Shown one piece after another: positions 19,446 to 28,570 of a stretch of 64,000 bases of DNA. Both the position numbers and the translations under genes were made by a program. Numbering within the stretch: position 1 is the stretch's first letter; every line of letters starts with the position of its first letter. Origin of the DNA: an uncultured Bacilli bacterium (GTDB lineage Bacteria > Bacillota_I > Bacilli_A > RF39 > UBA660); NCBI GenBank assembly GCA_947629165.1, contig CANRCR010000001.1, forward strand, positions 12,729 through 76,728, given 5' to 3'. The notes beneath the pieces were generated by a model, which worked only from the letters and a program-made list of their open reading frames with translations, ran no database searches and had not been told where the DNA came from.

Positions 19446-20873
19446 ATGAAAAAATTAAACGAATTATTTGAAGGTGCTGCTCCCGTTGAAATTTCTGGAA
19501 TTAAGATCAATTCCAAAGAAGTAGTACCGGGAGATCTTTTTGTTTGTACGATGGGAGTAAATTGTGATCGTCATGACTTTGTAGATGATGCTATTAAGCG
19601 GGGAGCCGTTGCGATTGTAGCTAGTAAGCCACTTCAAGTAACCGTTCCCGTTATCTACGTTGAAGATACGAACCGTGAACTTGCTTCTTTAATGGCTCGT
19701 TTTACAGATTATCCAGATAAAAAATTATCTCTTATCGGCGTTACAGGAACCAATGGTAAAACGACGGTTGCAGAGTTAGTTCAGGATTTGATGGGAGAAG
19801 AATGTGCATATATTGGAACCAATGGAATCGATTGCTCTCAGTTTCATGAAGCCATTCGTAATACGACACCCGACGTTGACCGGATGTATCTTTATTTAAA
19901 ACGGTTTTATGATGCCGGTTGTCGTTATGTTAGTATGGAAACTTCTTCGGAGGCCTTTTATCGCCATCGTTTGGACGATTTTCATTTTGATGTTACGGTA
20001 CTTACGAATATTACGGAGGATCATTTAAACGTACATAAAACCATCGAAAATTATGTCGAATGTAAATGTCAATTGTTTGCCCAAACGGCACCCGGGGGAA
20101 CTTCTATTTTAAATTATGATGACCCTCATTATGAAAAGGTGCGTTCTTATTGTAAAGAAAAAGTACTTACTTACGGTTATTTAGAAGAGGCCGATCTTTG
20201 GATTCAACAAGTTCAATTGGCAGTCGATCATACTACGATTATGTTCCGTTTTCTCGATAAAAGTTATACGATTACTTCTCCTTTGATCGGTTCTTTTAAC
20301 GTAGTTAATTTAGCTGCTAGTTTATTAGTTCTAGTTGCCTATGGTTACTCGATGGAAGAAGCGATTACGCGAATTCCTCAAATTCAACCGGTTTTAGGAA
20401 GAATGGAATTACTATCGTTTGGGCAACCTTATCAGATTGTGCTCGATTATGCCCATACGCCTGATGCGCTCGATCAAATTCTCACTTTTTTAAATCAGAT
20501 TAAAAAAGGACGTATTATTACTCTTACTGGTTCTGCTGGAGGAAGAGAGACTGAGAAGCGGAGTGGTATGGGAAAAGTCGTACTGGAGAAAAGTGATCAC
20601 GTTATTTTTACGATGGATGATCCTCGTAATGAAGATGTCAACACGATTATTGATCAGTTAATTGGCGATAGTTCGAATACCAATTATGAACGTATTTGCG
20701 ACCGAACCGAAGCCATTCATAAGGCCCTTTCCATGGCTCAAGCTAATGATATCGTTTTAATTGCTGGAAAGGGAAGAGATAACTACATGGCGGTAGGGAA
20801 CGAATATTTACCTTACTGTGATTATGACGAAGTTGAAAAATATTTTAAAGACAAAGAATCAAGCATAACTTGA
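19446..20873 (+). CDS. murE: UDP-N-acetylmuramoyl-L-alanyl-D-glutamate--2,6-diaminopimelate (or L-lysine) ligase MurE
   Basis: Mur ligase P-loop GVTGTNGKTT and a C-terminal domain. The residue-selectivity motif reads DDPR (canonical meso-DAP enzymes have DNPR), so the added amino acid is uncertain. The gene lies outside the dcw cluster. Confidence 0.9.
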   Translation: MKKLNELFEGAAPVEISGIKINSKEVVPGDLFVCTMGVNCDRHDFVDDAIKRGAVAIVASKPLQVTVPVIYVEDTNRELASLMARFTDYPDKKLSLIGVTGTNGKTTVAELVQDLMGEECAYIGTNGIDCSQFHEAIRNTTPDVDRMYLYLKRFYDAGCRYVSMETSSEAFYRHRLDDFHFDVTVLTNITEDHLNVHKTIENYVECKCQLFAQTAPGGTSILNYDDPHYEKVRSYCKEKVLTYGYLEEADLWIQQVQLAVDHTTIMFRFLDKSYTITSPLIGSFNVVNLAASLLVLVAYGYSMEEAITRIPQIQPVLGRMELLSFGQPYQIVLDYAHTPDALDQILTFLNQIKKGRIITLTGSAGGRETEKRSGMGKVVLEKSDHVIFTMDDPRNEDVNTIIDQLIGDSSNTNYERICDRTEAIHKALSMAQANDIVLIAGKGRDNYMAVGNEYLPYCDYDEVEKYFKDKESSIT

Positions 20874-20890
20874 TTCTTTGTCTTTTTTTG
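20847..20890 (+). terminator. strong intrinsic terminator after murE
   Basis: Perfect 17-bp stem AAAGACAAAGAATCAAG (20847-20863) / CTTGATTCTTTGTCTTT (20869-20885) followed by TTTT. Overlaps the murE stop. Confidence 0.9.
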
Positions 20891-20912
20891 TCGAATGATT
20901 TATCTTTTTTTA

Positions 20913-20921
20913 CATAGGATA
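20913..20921 (+). promoter_or_regulatory. possible mother-cell (sigma-E/sigma-K type) -10 element upstream of sigK
   Basis: CATAGGATA fits the CATA-NNN-TA sigma-K type -10, located 18 nt upstream of the ATG. No confident -35 element. Confidence 0.3.
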
Positions 20922-20938
20922 AATTAGGAAGTGAAAAT

Positions 20939-21640
20939 ATGTTTTTAACTTTGATTCAACTATTGAAAAGTCTTTTTTTCTTTACGGCTTCTTATTCCAA
21001 TAATGTTTTTCCGGATCCTTTAACTAAAGAAGAAGAGGATTACTATATTGAACAGGCACGTATGGGAAATAAAGAGGCACGGAATCAGTTGATTGAACAC
21101 AATTTACGATTGGTTGCGCACATCGTTAAAAAATTTGAACATACGGCGAATGATCAAGACGATTTAATTAGTATCGGTACGATTGGCTTAATTAAAGGAG
21201 TCGATTCTTTTTCGAAAAGTCATGGGACTCGTATTACTACTTATTGTGCTCGGTGTATTGAGAACGAGATTTTAATGTATTTTCGAAGTAATAATAAAAA
21301 TTTAAAAAATATTTCTATTAATGAATCGGTAGGGTTTGATAAAGATGGAAATGAAATAACCATTCAAGATGTATTAAAAACACCTAGTCCCGACTTTGTC
21401 GAAGAGATTCAAAAAAAAGATAATATCGATCGTTTAAAAAGTTATCTTTCGGTTTTAAGTAGTCGTGAGATGGAGATATTAGCACGCCGTTACGGACTCG
21501 ATGGAAAGAAAGAACAAACACAAAAAGTGATTGCCAAAGAATTAAATATTTCGCGCAGTTATGTCTCACGTATCGAGAAGCGAGCACTTACAAAAATTTT
21601 ACGAGAATTTATAAAAAATGGTACGATTCCTTTAAAATAA
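20939..21640 (+). CDS. sigK: sporulation sigma factor SigK (pro-sigma-K), uninterrupted
   Basis: Pro-sequence plus ASYSNNVFPDPL...LIEHNLRLVAHIVKKFEHT...DLISIGTIGLIKGV...ARCIENEILMY closely parallels B. subtilis pro-sigma-K. Regions 2-4 are present in one ORF. Confidence 0.88.
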   Translation: MFLTLIQLLKSLFFFTASYSNNVFPDPLTKEEEDYYIEQARMGNKEARNQLIEHNLRLVAHIVKKFEHTANDQDDLISIGTIGLIKGVDSFSKSHGTRITTYCARCIENEILMYFRSNNKNLKNISINESVGFDKDGNEITIQDVLKTPSPDFVEEIQKKDNIDRLKSYLSVLSSREMEILARRYGLDGKKEQTQKVIAKELNISRSYVSRIEKRALTKILREFIKNGTIPLK

Positions 21641-21659
21641 AAATACTAAAAATTCGGTC

Positions 21660-21689
21660 AAAGAAAGGATTGTTTTTTCTTTCTTTTTT
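21660..21689 (+). terminator. intrinsic terminator after sigK
   Basis: AAAGAAAG / CTTTCTTT stem followed by TTT. Confidence 0.6.
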
Positions 21690-21727
21690 GTGTTAGAATA
21701 GAATTTATAAATTTTGTTATAGAGGGT

Positions 21728-22633
21728 GTGATTTTCTTGGCTAATGACATTCGATTTGGAGTTTATGGATATCCTAAAAACTTTTTAGAAAGCACCGCGG
21801 GGAAAAAGCGAGAAAATATTTTTGAATGGTTAAACGAACTCCATTTACAGGCCTTTTTACTCGATTGGACGTATGGTACTTCTATGACAGATCAAAGAGC
21901 AGAACGATATGTCTCTCTGGCTCATCAATACGATGTTAAAATTTATTTAAAAGCACCCAAAGATATCGATTTTATTTCTTCGAAAGAAGAAGATCAAAAG
22001 AAGAGTTTATTACAATTAAAAAGAGCGATTGATCTTGCCCAAAAGTTAGCGTGTCACGATCTCATTTTTAGTTTGGGAAATACGCGCGTTACAACGGACC
22101 GAAGCGAACTTACGACACGTTTAGTTGAACAACTAAAACCCGTTATCGAAAACTATCCCGATCTTCGTTTTCATATCGAACCCTCGATGCGTTCTTCCAT
22201 GTATGGAAACTTGGACGAATTGCTTCAGTTAAGTAAAAAAATAAAAGGAGTATTTCCTTCTTTTAATCTCGTTCATCTCCATGCCCTTTACGATTGTACT
22301 CTTATTTATCCCGAACGAATTGTGGCTTTGTTTCAAAAAGTGAGTACGGTCTTAGGAAAAGCATCCTTAAATAAATTAGTTGTTCAAATATCGCCTCTTT
22401 CTTACGAGCATGGACGATTTATCCCTAAAACTTTTGGAGAAATAAAATTAGGTCAATTATCTTTTTTTGATTCTAATTTTGAATATTTTCCTAAAGCGAG
22501 TGACTACATTCAAGCGATTCGCTCTTTAAATATTACTCCTACTACTTTTAGTAATACATTTGAAACAGAAGATATTGGGGCGCTTCGTTTACGTGACAGT
22601 TATTTTTATCAAAAATTAAAAGAAGAATCTTAA
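21728..22633 (+). CDS. hypothetical TIM-barrel-like protein (AP endonuclease 2 / sugar-phosphate isomerase-like)
   Basis: ORF from GTG 21728 (alternative TTG 21737) after AGAGGGTG. IRFGVYGYP...N-terminus and barrel-like periodicity. Weak call by eye. Confidence 0.4.
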   Translation: MIFLANDIRFGVYGYPKNFLESTAGKKRENIFEWLNELHLQAFLLDWTYGTSMTDQRAERYVSLAHQYDVKIYLKAPKDIDFISSKEEDQKKSLLQLKRAIDLAQKLACHDLIFSLGNTRVTTDRSELTTRLVEQLKPVIENYPDLRFHIEPSMRSSMYGNLDELLQLSKKIKGVFPSFNLVHLHALYDCTLIYPERIVALFQKVSTVLGKASLNKLVVQISPLSYEHGRFIPKTFGEIKLGQLSFFDSNFEYFPKASDYIQAIRSLNITPTTFSNTFETEDIGALRLRDSYFYQKLKEES

Positions 22634-22707
22634 TTCTTTTTTTGTGGACTCTTTTCTTTTTTTCCTTTTTTTTATATAATATAAGAGGAAGTATAAGGTG
22701 AAGAAAG

Positions 22708-24240
22708 ATGGAAATAGAAAAGAAAAAACAAAATCTTTCAAAACGTAAAAAAAACACCAAACGCGATAAGAAATCCGTTTTTAAAATTAAAAAACAAAGT
22801 CCTTACGAAACCATTGAAGATTTTCCGGGATTCGTTAAAAAGAAATTTCCATGGAAAAAGTTTTTACTTATTTCAGGTGCTGTTTTAGGAACCCTTGTAC
22901 TTGGCGTTTTACTTTATTATTTTTGCTTTTTCCCGACACTTTCACTCAATGGATCTGAAAACATTGAAGTAGTTTATCCTCAATTATACGAAGAACCCGG
23001 AGTAACACTTACTCGTTTTGGAAAGGAAGTACATTATCCCATCCAAACAAAAGGTGAAGTAAACAATCAAAAGTTAGGTAATTACAAAATAACGTATTCT
23101 TATTCGGAATGGTTTTTATCAAAAAAAGTAACACGTAATGTTTCAATTGTAGATAAAGAGCCTCCATTATTAACTTTAGAGGGCAGTACGGATTTAAAAC
23201 TTTGTCCTAATAAAAGTTACGAAGAGGAAGGATACAGTGCCACCGATAATTATGATGGCGATCTTACAGATCAAGTTACCGTGGAAGAAAAAGATGGAGC
23301 ATTTGTTTATACGGTAAAAGATTCGAGTGGGAATGAAGCTACTTCTTCTCGAAGTGTACAATATGTCGATGATGAGGCTCCTAAGATTACTTTAAAAGGA
23401 AATCAAACAATTTATCAAACGGTCGGAACTACTTACAAAGAACCGGGCTATACTGTAAGCGATAATTGTGATGGCGATTTGGCAACGCAAGTCAAAGTAA
23501 CCGGTTCGGTCGATGGTAAAACCGTAGGAACTTATACACTTACTTATACTATAAGTGATACCATCGGTAATAAAAGTGAAGTAACAAGAAAAGTAGTTGT
23601 CTATAAACCGGAACCAAATACCGGGGTAATTTATCTTACTTTTGATGATGGCCCTCATGCAACAAATACCGCCAAGATATTAGATACATTAAAGAAATAT
23701 AATGTGAAAGCTACTTTCTTTGTTACGATGTCTGGACCCGATTCGATGATTTTGAGAGAATATCAAGAGGGGCACACGGTTGCACTTCATACGGCTTCGC
23801 ACGATTATGCTAAAGTTTATAAATCGGTCGATGCTTATTTTAGCGATTTGACAAAAGTTCAAAATCGTGTAAAAAACATTACTGGACAAACTTCTTATAT
23901 TATTCGTTTTCCAGGGGGAAGTAGTAATACGGTCAGTCGTCATTACAGTATTGGCATCATGTCTACTTTGACACAAGAAGTTCAAAAACGAGGTTATCGT
24001 TATTACGATTGGAACGTATCGAGTGGAGATGCTGGCGAAACGACATCGAGTCAGGGAGTTTATAATTATGTGGTCGGAGGACTTAAGCGGAATCGAGCAA
24101 ATATCGTTTTGATGCACGATATTAAAAGTTATACCGCCGCGGCACTCGAATCCATTATCCAGTATGGACTTAATAATGGTTACACTTTTGCAGCGATTAC
24201 TATGAATACGCCGGAAGTTCATCAAAAAGTAAATAATTAA
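22708..24240 (+). CDS. membrane-anchored polysaccharide (peptidoglycan GlcNAc) deacetylase with two Ig-like repeats
   Basis: Lys-rich cytoplasmic tail and one TM helix. Two repeats of the pattern E(E/P)GY(S/T)xxDNxDGDL(T/A)xQV. C-terminal NodB domain (IYLTFDDGPH, HTASH, RFPGGS, LMHD). Confidence 0.8.
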   Translation: MEIEKKKQNLSKRKKNTKRDKKSVFKIKKQSPYETIEDFPGFVKKKFPWKKFLLISGAVLGTLVLGVLLYYFCFFPTLSLNGSENIEVVYPQLYEEPGVTLTRFGKEVHYPIQTKGEVNNQKLGNYKITYSYSEWFLSKKVTRNVSIVDKEPPLLTLEGSTDLKLCPNKSYEEEGYSATDNYDGDLTDQVTVEEKDGAFVYTVKDSSGNEATSSRSVQYVDDEAPKITLKGNQTIYQTVGTTYKEPGYTVSDNCDGDLATQVKVTGSVDGKTVGTYTLTYTISDTIGNKSEVTRKVVVYKPEPNTGVIYLTFDDGPHATNTAKILDTLKKYNVKATFFVTMSGPDSMILREYQEGHTVALHTASHDYAKVYKSVDAYFSDLTKVQNRVKNITGQTSYIIRFPGGSSNTVSRHYSIGIMSTLTQEVQKRGYRYYDWNVSSGDAGETTSSQGVYNYVVGGLKRNRANIVLMHDIKSYTAAALESIIQYGLNNGYTFAAITMNTPEVHQKVNN

Positions 24241-24276
24241 GAGAAGGGAATTTGCTTGTTTCCTTCTCTTTTTTTC
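24241..24276 (+). terminator. intrinsic terminator
   Basis: GAGAAGG (24241-24247) ... CCTTCTC (24262-24268) followed by TTTTTTT. TATAAT of the next gene at 24279-24284. Confidence 0.75.
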
Positions 24277-24302
24277 GTTATAATAACGTTAGGTGATGAT
24301 AT

Positions 24303-24839
24303 ATGAGTTACCGATTTTTACCTCGATGGTACTATCCAGATATTTTTTCGATTCCTTATGCAAAATTAAAAAAGCAAAAGATTCGTTATCTTATTTTTGA
24401 TCTCGATAATACGGTTGGAACCATCGATGAAGTGGTACCGAATCCGAAAGTTCAAAAGTTGTTTCAAAAACTTAAAAAAGATTTTACGATTGTTATCGTC
24501 TCTAATAATTTTAAAAAAAGAGTCGCTACCTTTTCGAAAGAACTTGATTTGGCTTATGTCGCTTTAGCTATGAAACCATCACTTAAAGGATTACAAAAAA
24601 TAAAACGACAATTTGCTTGTCAAAAAGAAGAGATGGTTTTAATAGGAGATCAATTGGTAACAGATATTTCCGCAGGTAATCGCTTTTCTATTGCTACTAT
24701 CTTAGTTGATCCCATTATCGACAAAGAGATGAAAATTACGAGTGTCAATCGTCGACTCGAAAAAAATATATTAAAAAAATACCAAAAGTTAGGTATTTTA
24801 GAAAGGGGAAAATACGATGACCCGCAAAAAGATATGTAA
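24303..24839 (+). CDS. yqeG: YqeG family HAD-IIIA phosphatase
   Basis: HAD motif I LIFDLDNT and IGDQLVTDI. Conserved yqeG-yqeH pairing. Confidence 0.85.
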   Translation: MSYRFLPRWYYPDIFSIPYAKLKKQKIRYLIFDLDNTVGTIDEVVPNPKVQKLFQKLKKDFTIVIVSNNFKKRVATFSKELDLAYVALAMKPSLKGLQKIKRQFACQKEEMVLIGDQLVTDISAGNRFSIATILVDPIIDKEMKITSVNRRLEKNILKKYQKLGILERGKYDDPQKDM

Positions 24840-25824
24840 AGGTTGTGGCGTTCGCCTACAAGATCAAAATATTTTACAAGAAGGGTATACCACCGATATA
24901 AAAAATGATCTTTGTCAACGTTGCTTTCGCATGAAAAATTATGGAGAATACCAAGTCGTTACCAAGTCTAACGAGGAATACGAAGCAATTTTAAAAAGTA
25001 TTGGAAGAACCAAAGACCTCGTATTATTTATGGTCGATGTAACTAATCTTGATCAAGATATTACTTATATTAGAAAATATATTTCTAATCCTATGTTATT
25101 AATTTTAAACAAGTGGGATATTTTACCGCGAAGTGTTAAAGAAGAAAAAATAATTTCTTATATTACGGCGTGTGGGGGAGATTTTTTAGAAATTATTCCA
25201 ATCAGTTGTAAAAATAATTATCAAATTGATTTACTTTATAACAAAATAAAAAAGTATAAAAAGAGTAATCGTGTTTATGTCGTTGGTCATACCAATGTAG
25301 GGAAAAGCAGTTTAATCAATCAGATGATTCATTCTTACTCGACGAGTGATCAAGAACTTACAATCTCTCCTTTGCCTTCGACTACATTAAATAAATTAGA
25401 AATTGTCTTAAACGATGAACTTACCTTAATCGATACTCCTGGGTTAGTCGATCGAGGAAGTTTTAGCAATTATATTACGGCTTCGGATTTGAAACAAATT
25501 CAATCGAAGAAGGAAATGCGTCCACGAACTTTTCAAATGAAACCAGGCCAAGGAATTCTTATTGGGAATTTAGTACGGATGGATTATATCGAAGGAGAAA
25601 AAAACAGTTTCACGGTCTATGTTTCAAACAATTTAAAGGTCAAACGAATAAATGCTTATCGACAAGAGGCTTTAAAAGATCTTTTTGAAAAGTCCTACGA
25701 TTTAAAGTTCTATGAGGATATTGTTATCGATGGACTCGGTTGGATAAAAGTAGTAGGTCGAGGAAAAGTAGCGCTCTATTTACCCAAAGAAGTTTCATCT
25801 TATACAAGGAAGAATCTCATCTAG
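24817..25824 (+). CDS. yqeH: ribosome biogenesis GTPase YqeH
   Basis: N-terminal zinc-finger CKGCG...CQRCF and circularly permuted GTPase motifs (NKWD, GHTNVGKSS, DTPG). Overlaps yqeG by 23 nt. Confidence 0.88.
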   Translation: MTRKKICKGCGVRLQDQNILQEGYTTDIKNDLCQRCFRMKNYGEYQVVTKSNEEYEAILKSIGRTKDLVLFMVDVTNLDQDITYIRKYISNPMLLILNKWDILPRSVKEEKIISYITACGGDFLEIIPISCKNNYQIDLLYNKIKKYKKSNRVYVVGHTNVGKSSLINQMIHSYSTSDQELTISPLPSTTLNKLEIVLNDELTLIDTPGLVDRGSFSNYITASDLKQIQSKKEMRPRTFQMKPGQGILIGNLVRMDYIEGEKNSFTVYVSNNLKVKRINAYRQEALKDLFEKSYDLKFYEDIVIDGLGWIKVVGRGKVALYLPKEVSSYTRKNLI

Positions 25825-25884
25825 ATTTTTTCTTTTTTTTTAGAACTAATCGTGCTATACTTTAAATGAAAGGTAGGTCTAATT

Positions 25885-26586
25885 ATGATAAGATATTTTG
25901 AACCATTGCAAGCAACGCTCTTTTTTTTAATTCCGTTTACTATTGGTTTACTACTCGGTTTTCGAGATAATCGGTTAAAAAATAAGGGAGATAAAGAAAA
26001 ATTTTTAGGAGATCTAGCGCTTAAAGTAGTTTGTGGTTTTTATGCCTTCTGTTTCGATCTTTGGTTTTTTGCAGAAATGAAGGGAACTATTTTGGATATT
26101 CACTATGAAACGCTTGTGATTGCACTTGCTCTAGCAATTGCTTTTGATGTCGGCGCTTATTTATTTTTAAAAAAGTACAAAGATCGTTTTTCTCAATTGA
26201 TTTTTGTAGGAGCATATGTTGGTCTCAGTCTCGTACCTGTAATTTGTTCAATATTAATTTATAGCCAAAATAATTATTTTAGTGATAGCATGTATCAATT
26301 TGATGAGGATGCTTATTATGAACATATGTATATCGCAACAAATATGTTTGGACAATGCACTTTTAGTTATTCTATGGTAGAAAAAGAAAATCCAAATGAA
26401 GTCTATAAAAATGATTCGGATTATTGTTATTATAGCGTTGTGGGTAATAAGTATTTATTCAATTTTGAAGGCAATAAAGAAGAAAAACCAATTGAATGTA
26501 CACTCGATGGAGATTATCTTACATGTCAAATAAATAAGCCAGTATCATCAAGTATTTCTTTAGAAAGATCGAAACCTAGTTTCTAA
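25885..26586 (+). CDS. hypothetical membrane protein (about 4 TM helices plus a Cys/Tyr-containing C-terminal domain)
   Basis: ORF with AAAGGTAGG RBS. Hydrophobic N-terminal half. No recognisable family. Confidence 0.5.
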   Translation: MIRYFEPLQATLFFLIPFTIGLLLGFRDNRLKNKGDKEKFLGDLALKVVCGFYAFCFDLWFFAEMKGTILDIHYETLVIALALAIAFDVGAYLFLKKYKDRFSQLIFVGAYVGLSLVPVICSILIYSQNNYFSDSMYQFDEDAYYEHMYIATNMFGQCTFSYSMVEKENPNEVYKNDSDYCYYSVVGNKYLFNFEGNKEEKPIECTLDGDYLTCQINKPVSSSISLERSKPSF

Positions 26587-26616
26587 AAAGAGAGTTTTAC
26601 AAAACTCTTTTTTTTA
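26585..26616. terminator. bidirectional intrinsic terminator
   Basis: AAAAAGAGAGTTTT AC AAAACTCTTTTTTTT between convergent genes. Confidence 0.8.
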
Positions 26617-27504
26617 ACCATTAATGATAACTCCACCATTCGGGTGAAGAACTTGCCCAGTCATATAACTAGCATCGTTGGTTGCTAGAAAAAGATAACA
26701 AGGAGCAATTTCGTTCGGTTCTCCAGCTCGTTCCATCGGTACTTTTGGTGTGTATGAACCGAATGTTTCCACTTGATCACTTGGGAAGGTTGCAGGGGTT
26801 AGGGGAGTCCAAATAGGACCGGGTGCAACGGCATTCACTCTTATTTTTTTGGAAACTAAATTTTGGGATAGACTTCTCGTAAAAGAAACGATGGCTCCTT
26901 TGGTGGCACTGTAATCAATTAAATCTTCTTTGCCTTGATAAGCGGTAATCGATGTGGTATTGATAATGGAACTTCCTTCTTTTAGATAGGGAAGAACCGC
27001 TTTCGTCATAAAGAAATAACCGTAGATATTGGTTTCAAAAGTAATTCGAAGTTGGTCTTCTGAAATATTTAAAAAATCTTCTTGTTGATACTGAACGGCT
27101 TGGTTATTGACTAGAATATCGATATGACCGAATACTTCGATGGCTTTCTTAACGGCTTCTTTACAAATTTTTTCGGTCCTGAAATCTCCTTGGCATAAAA
27201 GACATTTGCCTCCTAAATCTTTAATTCTTTCGGCTGTTTCTTGGGCATCTTTTTCTTCGTAGAGATAAGTTATGACGATATCGGCTCCTTCGCTCGCATA
27301 AAGGTAGGCAATACTTCGTCCAATTCCAGAATCGCCACCTGTGATTAGCGCTACTTTTCCTTTGAGACGGTTCCTTCCTTTTTCCCTTGGTTCACTTTTT
27401 GGACGAGGATTCATCAAATATTCAAATCCAGGCATTCGGTCTTGATGTTGGGGTGGAAATGTCTTTTCGACGAGTTCACATTTTTTAATTTTTTGCTCGT
27501 TCAT
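26614..27504 (-). CDS. SDR family oxidoreductase (YdaD/YhdF general-stress type)
   Basis: TGGDSGIGR cofactor motif, NNQA, catalytic YxxxK (YSATKGA), PGPIWTP. Confidence 0.9.
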   Translation of the reverse strand: MNEQKIKKCELVEKTFPPQHQDRMPGFEYLMNPRPKSEPREKGRNRLKGKVALITGGDSGIGRSIAYLYASEGADIVITYLYEEKDAQETAERIKDLGGKCLLCQGDFRTEKICKEAVKKAIEVFGHIDILVNNQAVQYQQEDFLNISEDQLRITFETNIYGYFFMTKAVLPYLKEGSSIINTTSITAYQGKEDLIDYSATKGAIVSFTRSLSQNLVSKKIRVNAVAPGPIWTPLTPATFPSDQVETFGSYTPKVPMERAGEPNEIAPCYLFLATNDASYMTGQVLHPNGGVIING

Positions 27505-27602
27505 TTTTACTCCTCCTCACTTTTTATTGTATGCTTCTATCTTTCATTTTTTCTTTTCTTATAAAAGAATTTATTTTATCCATACTACTACTGGTGATAT
27601 TT

Positions 27603-28559
27603 GTGAAAGCAAGACTCGGTTATGTTTCCCTTCCCAAAACTTTATCGATTACTTCTTCTAAAACGATAACATATACTCATTATCAAGCGATGGATTCAAA
27701 ACTTCAAAAAGCGCATCTTACTTCTTTAGTGGAACAAAATTTGGAAGCCCTTTTTGAAATATTAAAATACAATGTTAAAAATCAAATCCATTTTTATCGC
27801 CTTACTTCTAATTTGATACCACTTGCTACTTTAGAAACCGTTCCTTTCGATTACATCACGCCCTTTCGAAAACAATATCAAGCGATTGGGAACTATATTT
27901 TAGAAAACCATTTACGGGTGGACATGCATCCGGATCAGTACTGTGTTTTGAATAGTAGCCAACCGAAGGTGGTAAAAGGAGCTTTTACCATTTTAGATTA
28001 TCATGCTAGGATACTAGATGCTATGAATCTTCCCGATGCAAAGTTAATTCTTCATGTTGGGAGTAGTCAAGGTGGGAAGAAAAGAAGCATTTCACGGTTT
28101 ATTCATAATTTTCAAAAATTACCTAGTTCCATACAAAAACGTATTATTTTAGAAAATGATGATAAGGTCTATACGGTTACGGATGTTCTTGCCTTATGCA
28201 AAGCGTTAAATGTACCGATGGTACTTGATTATCACCATTTTTTGTGCCATAATAATAAAGAATTAATAAGTGATTTCTATCCTGCCATCTTTGCTACTTG
28301 GGAAAAAGAAAAACTTCCTCCGAAAGTTCATTTTTCTTCTCCAAAAAATCGTACGAAAAAGGACTTTCGAAGTCATCATGACTATATTCAAGTCGATGAT
28401 TTTATTTGTTTTTTAGAAGAAGTGAAATCTTATACTTCTACGCTTGACGTTATGATTGAAGCAAAGCAAAAGGATGTGGCACTTTTTCAATTGATTCGAG
28501 AACTAAAATATAAAACGGATTATCGTTTTATCGATGAAACGACCTTTATTGTTCCTTAG
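27603..28559 (+). CDS. uvsE: UV DNA damage endonuclease (UvsE/UvdE)
   Basis: From GTG 27603: KARLGYVS...FYRLTSNLIPLAT...DMHPDQYCVLNS...LILHVGS parallels B. subtilis UvsE from residue 1. The track ORF begins at ATG 27531, but that adds a hydrophobic extension absent from UvsE. Confidence 0.8.
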   Translation: MKARLGYVSLPKTLSITSSKTITYTHYQAMDSKLQKAHLTSLVEQNLEALFEILKYNVKNQIHFYRLTSNLIPLATLETVPFDYITPFRKQYQAIGNYILENHLRVDMHPDQYCVLNSSQPKVVKGAFTILDYHARILDAMNLPDAKLILHVGSSQGGKKRSISRFIHNFQKLPSSIQKRIILENDDKVYTVTDVLALCKALNVPMVLDYHHFLCHNNKELISDFYPAIFATWEKEKLPPKVHFSSPKNRTKKDFRSHHDYIQVDDFICFLEEVKSYTSTLDVMIEAKQKDVALFQLIRELKYKTDYRFIDETTFIVP

Positions 28560-28570
28560 GAGGTGATACG

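Noticed and set aside
27526-27533. CATACAAT (minus strand) upstream of the SDR gene, as a possible sigma-E type -10
   Set aside because: It also reads as an ordinary TACAAT hexamer. No matching -35 for either sigma factor could be found, and it lies about 14 nt from the RBS. This is too weak to report as a feature.
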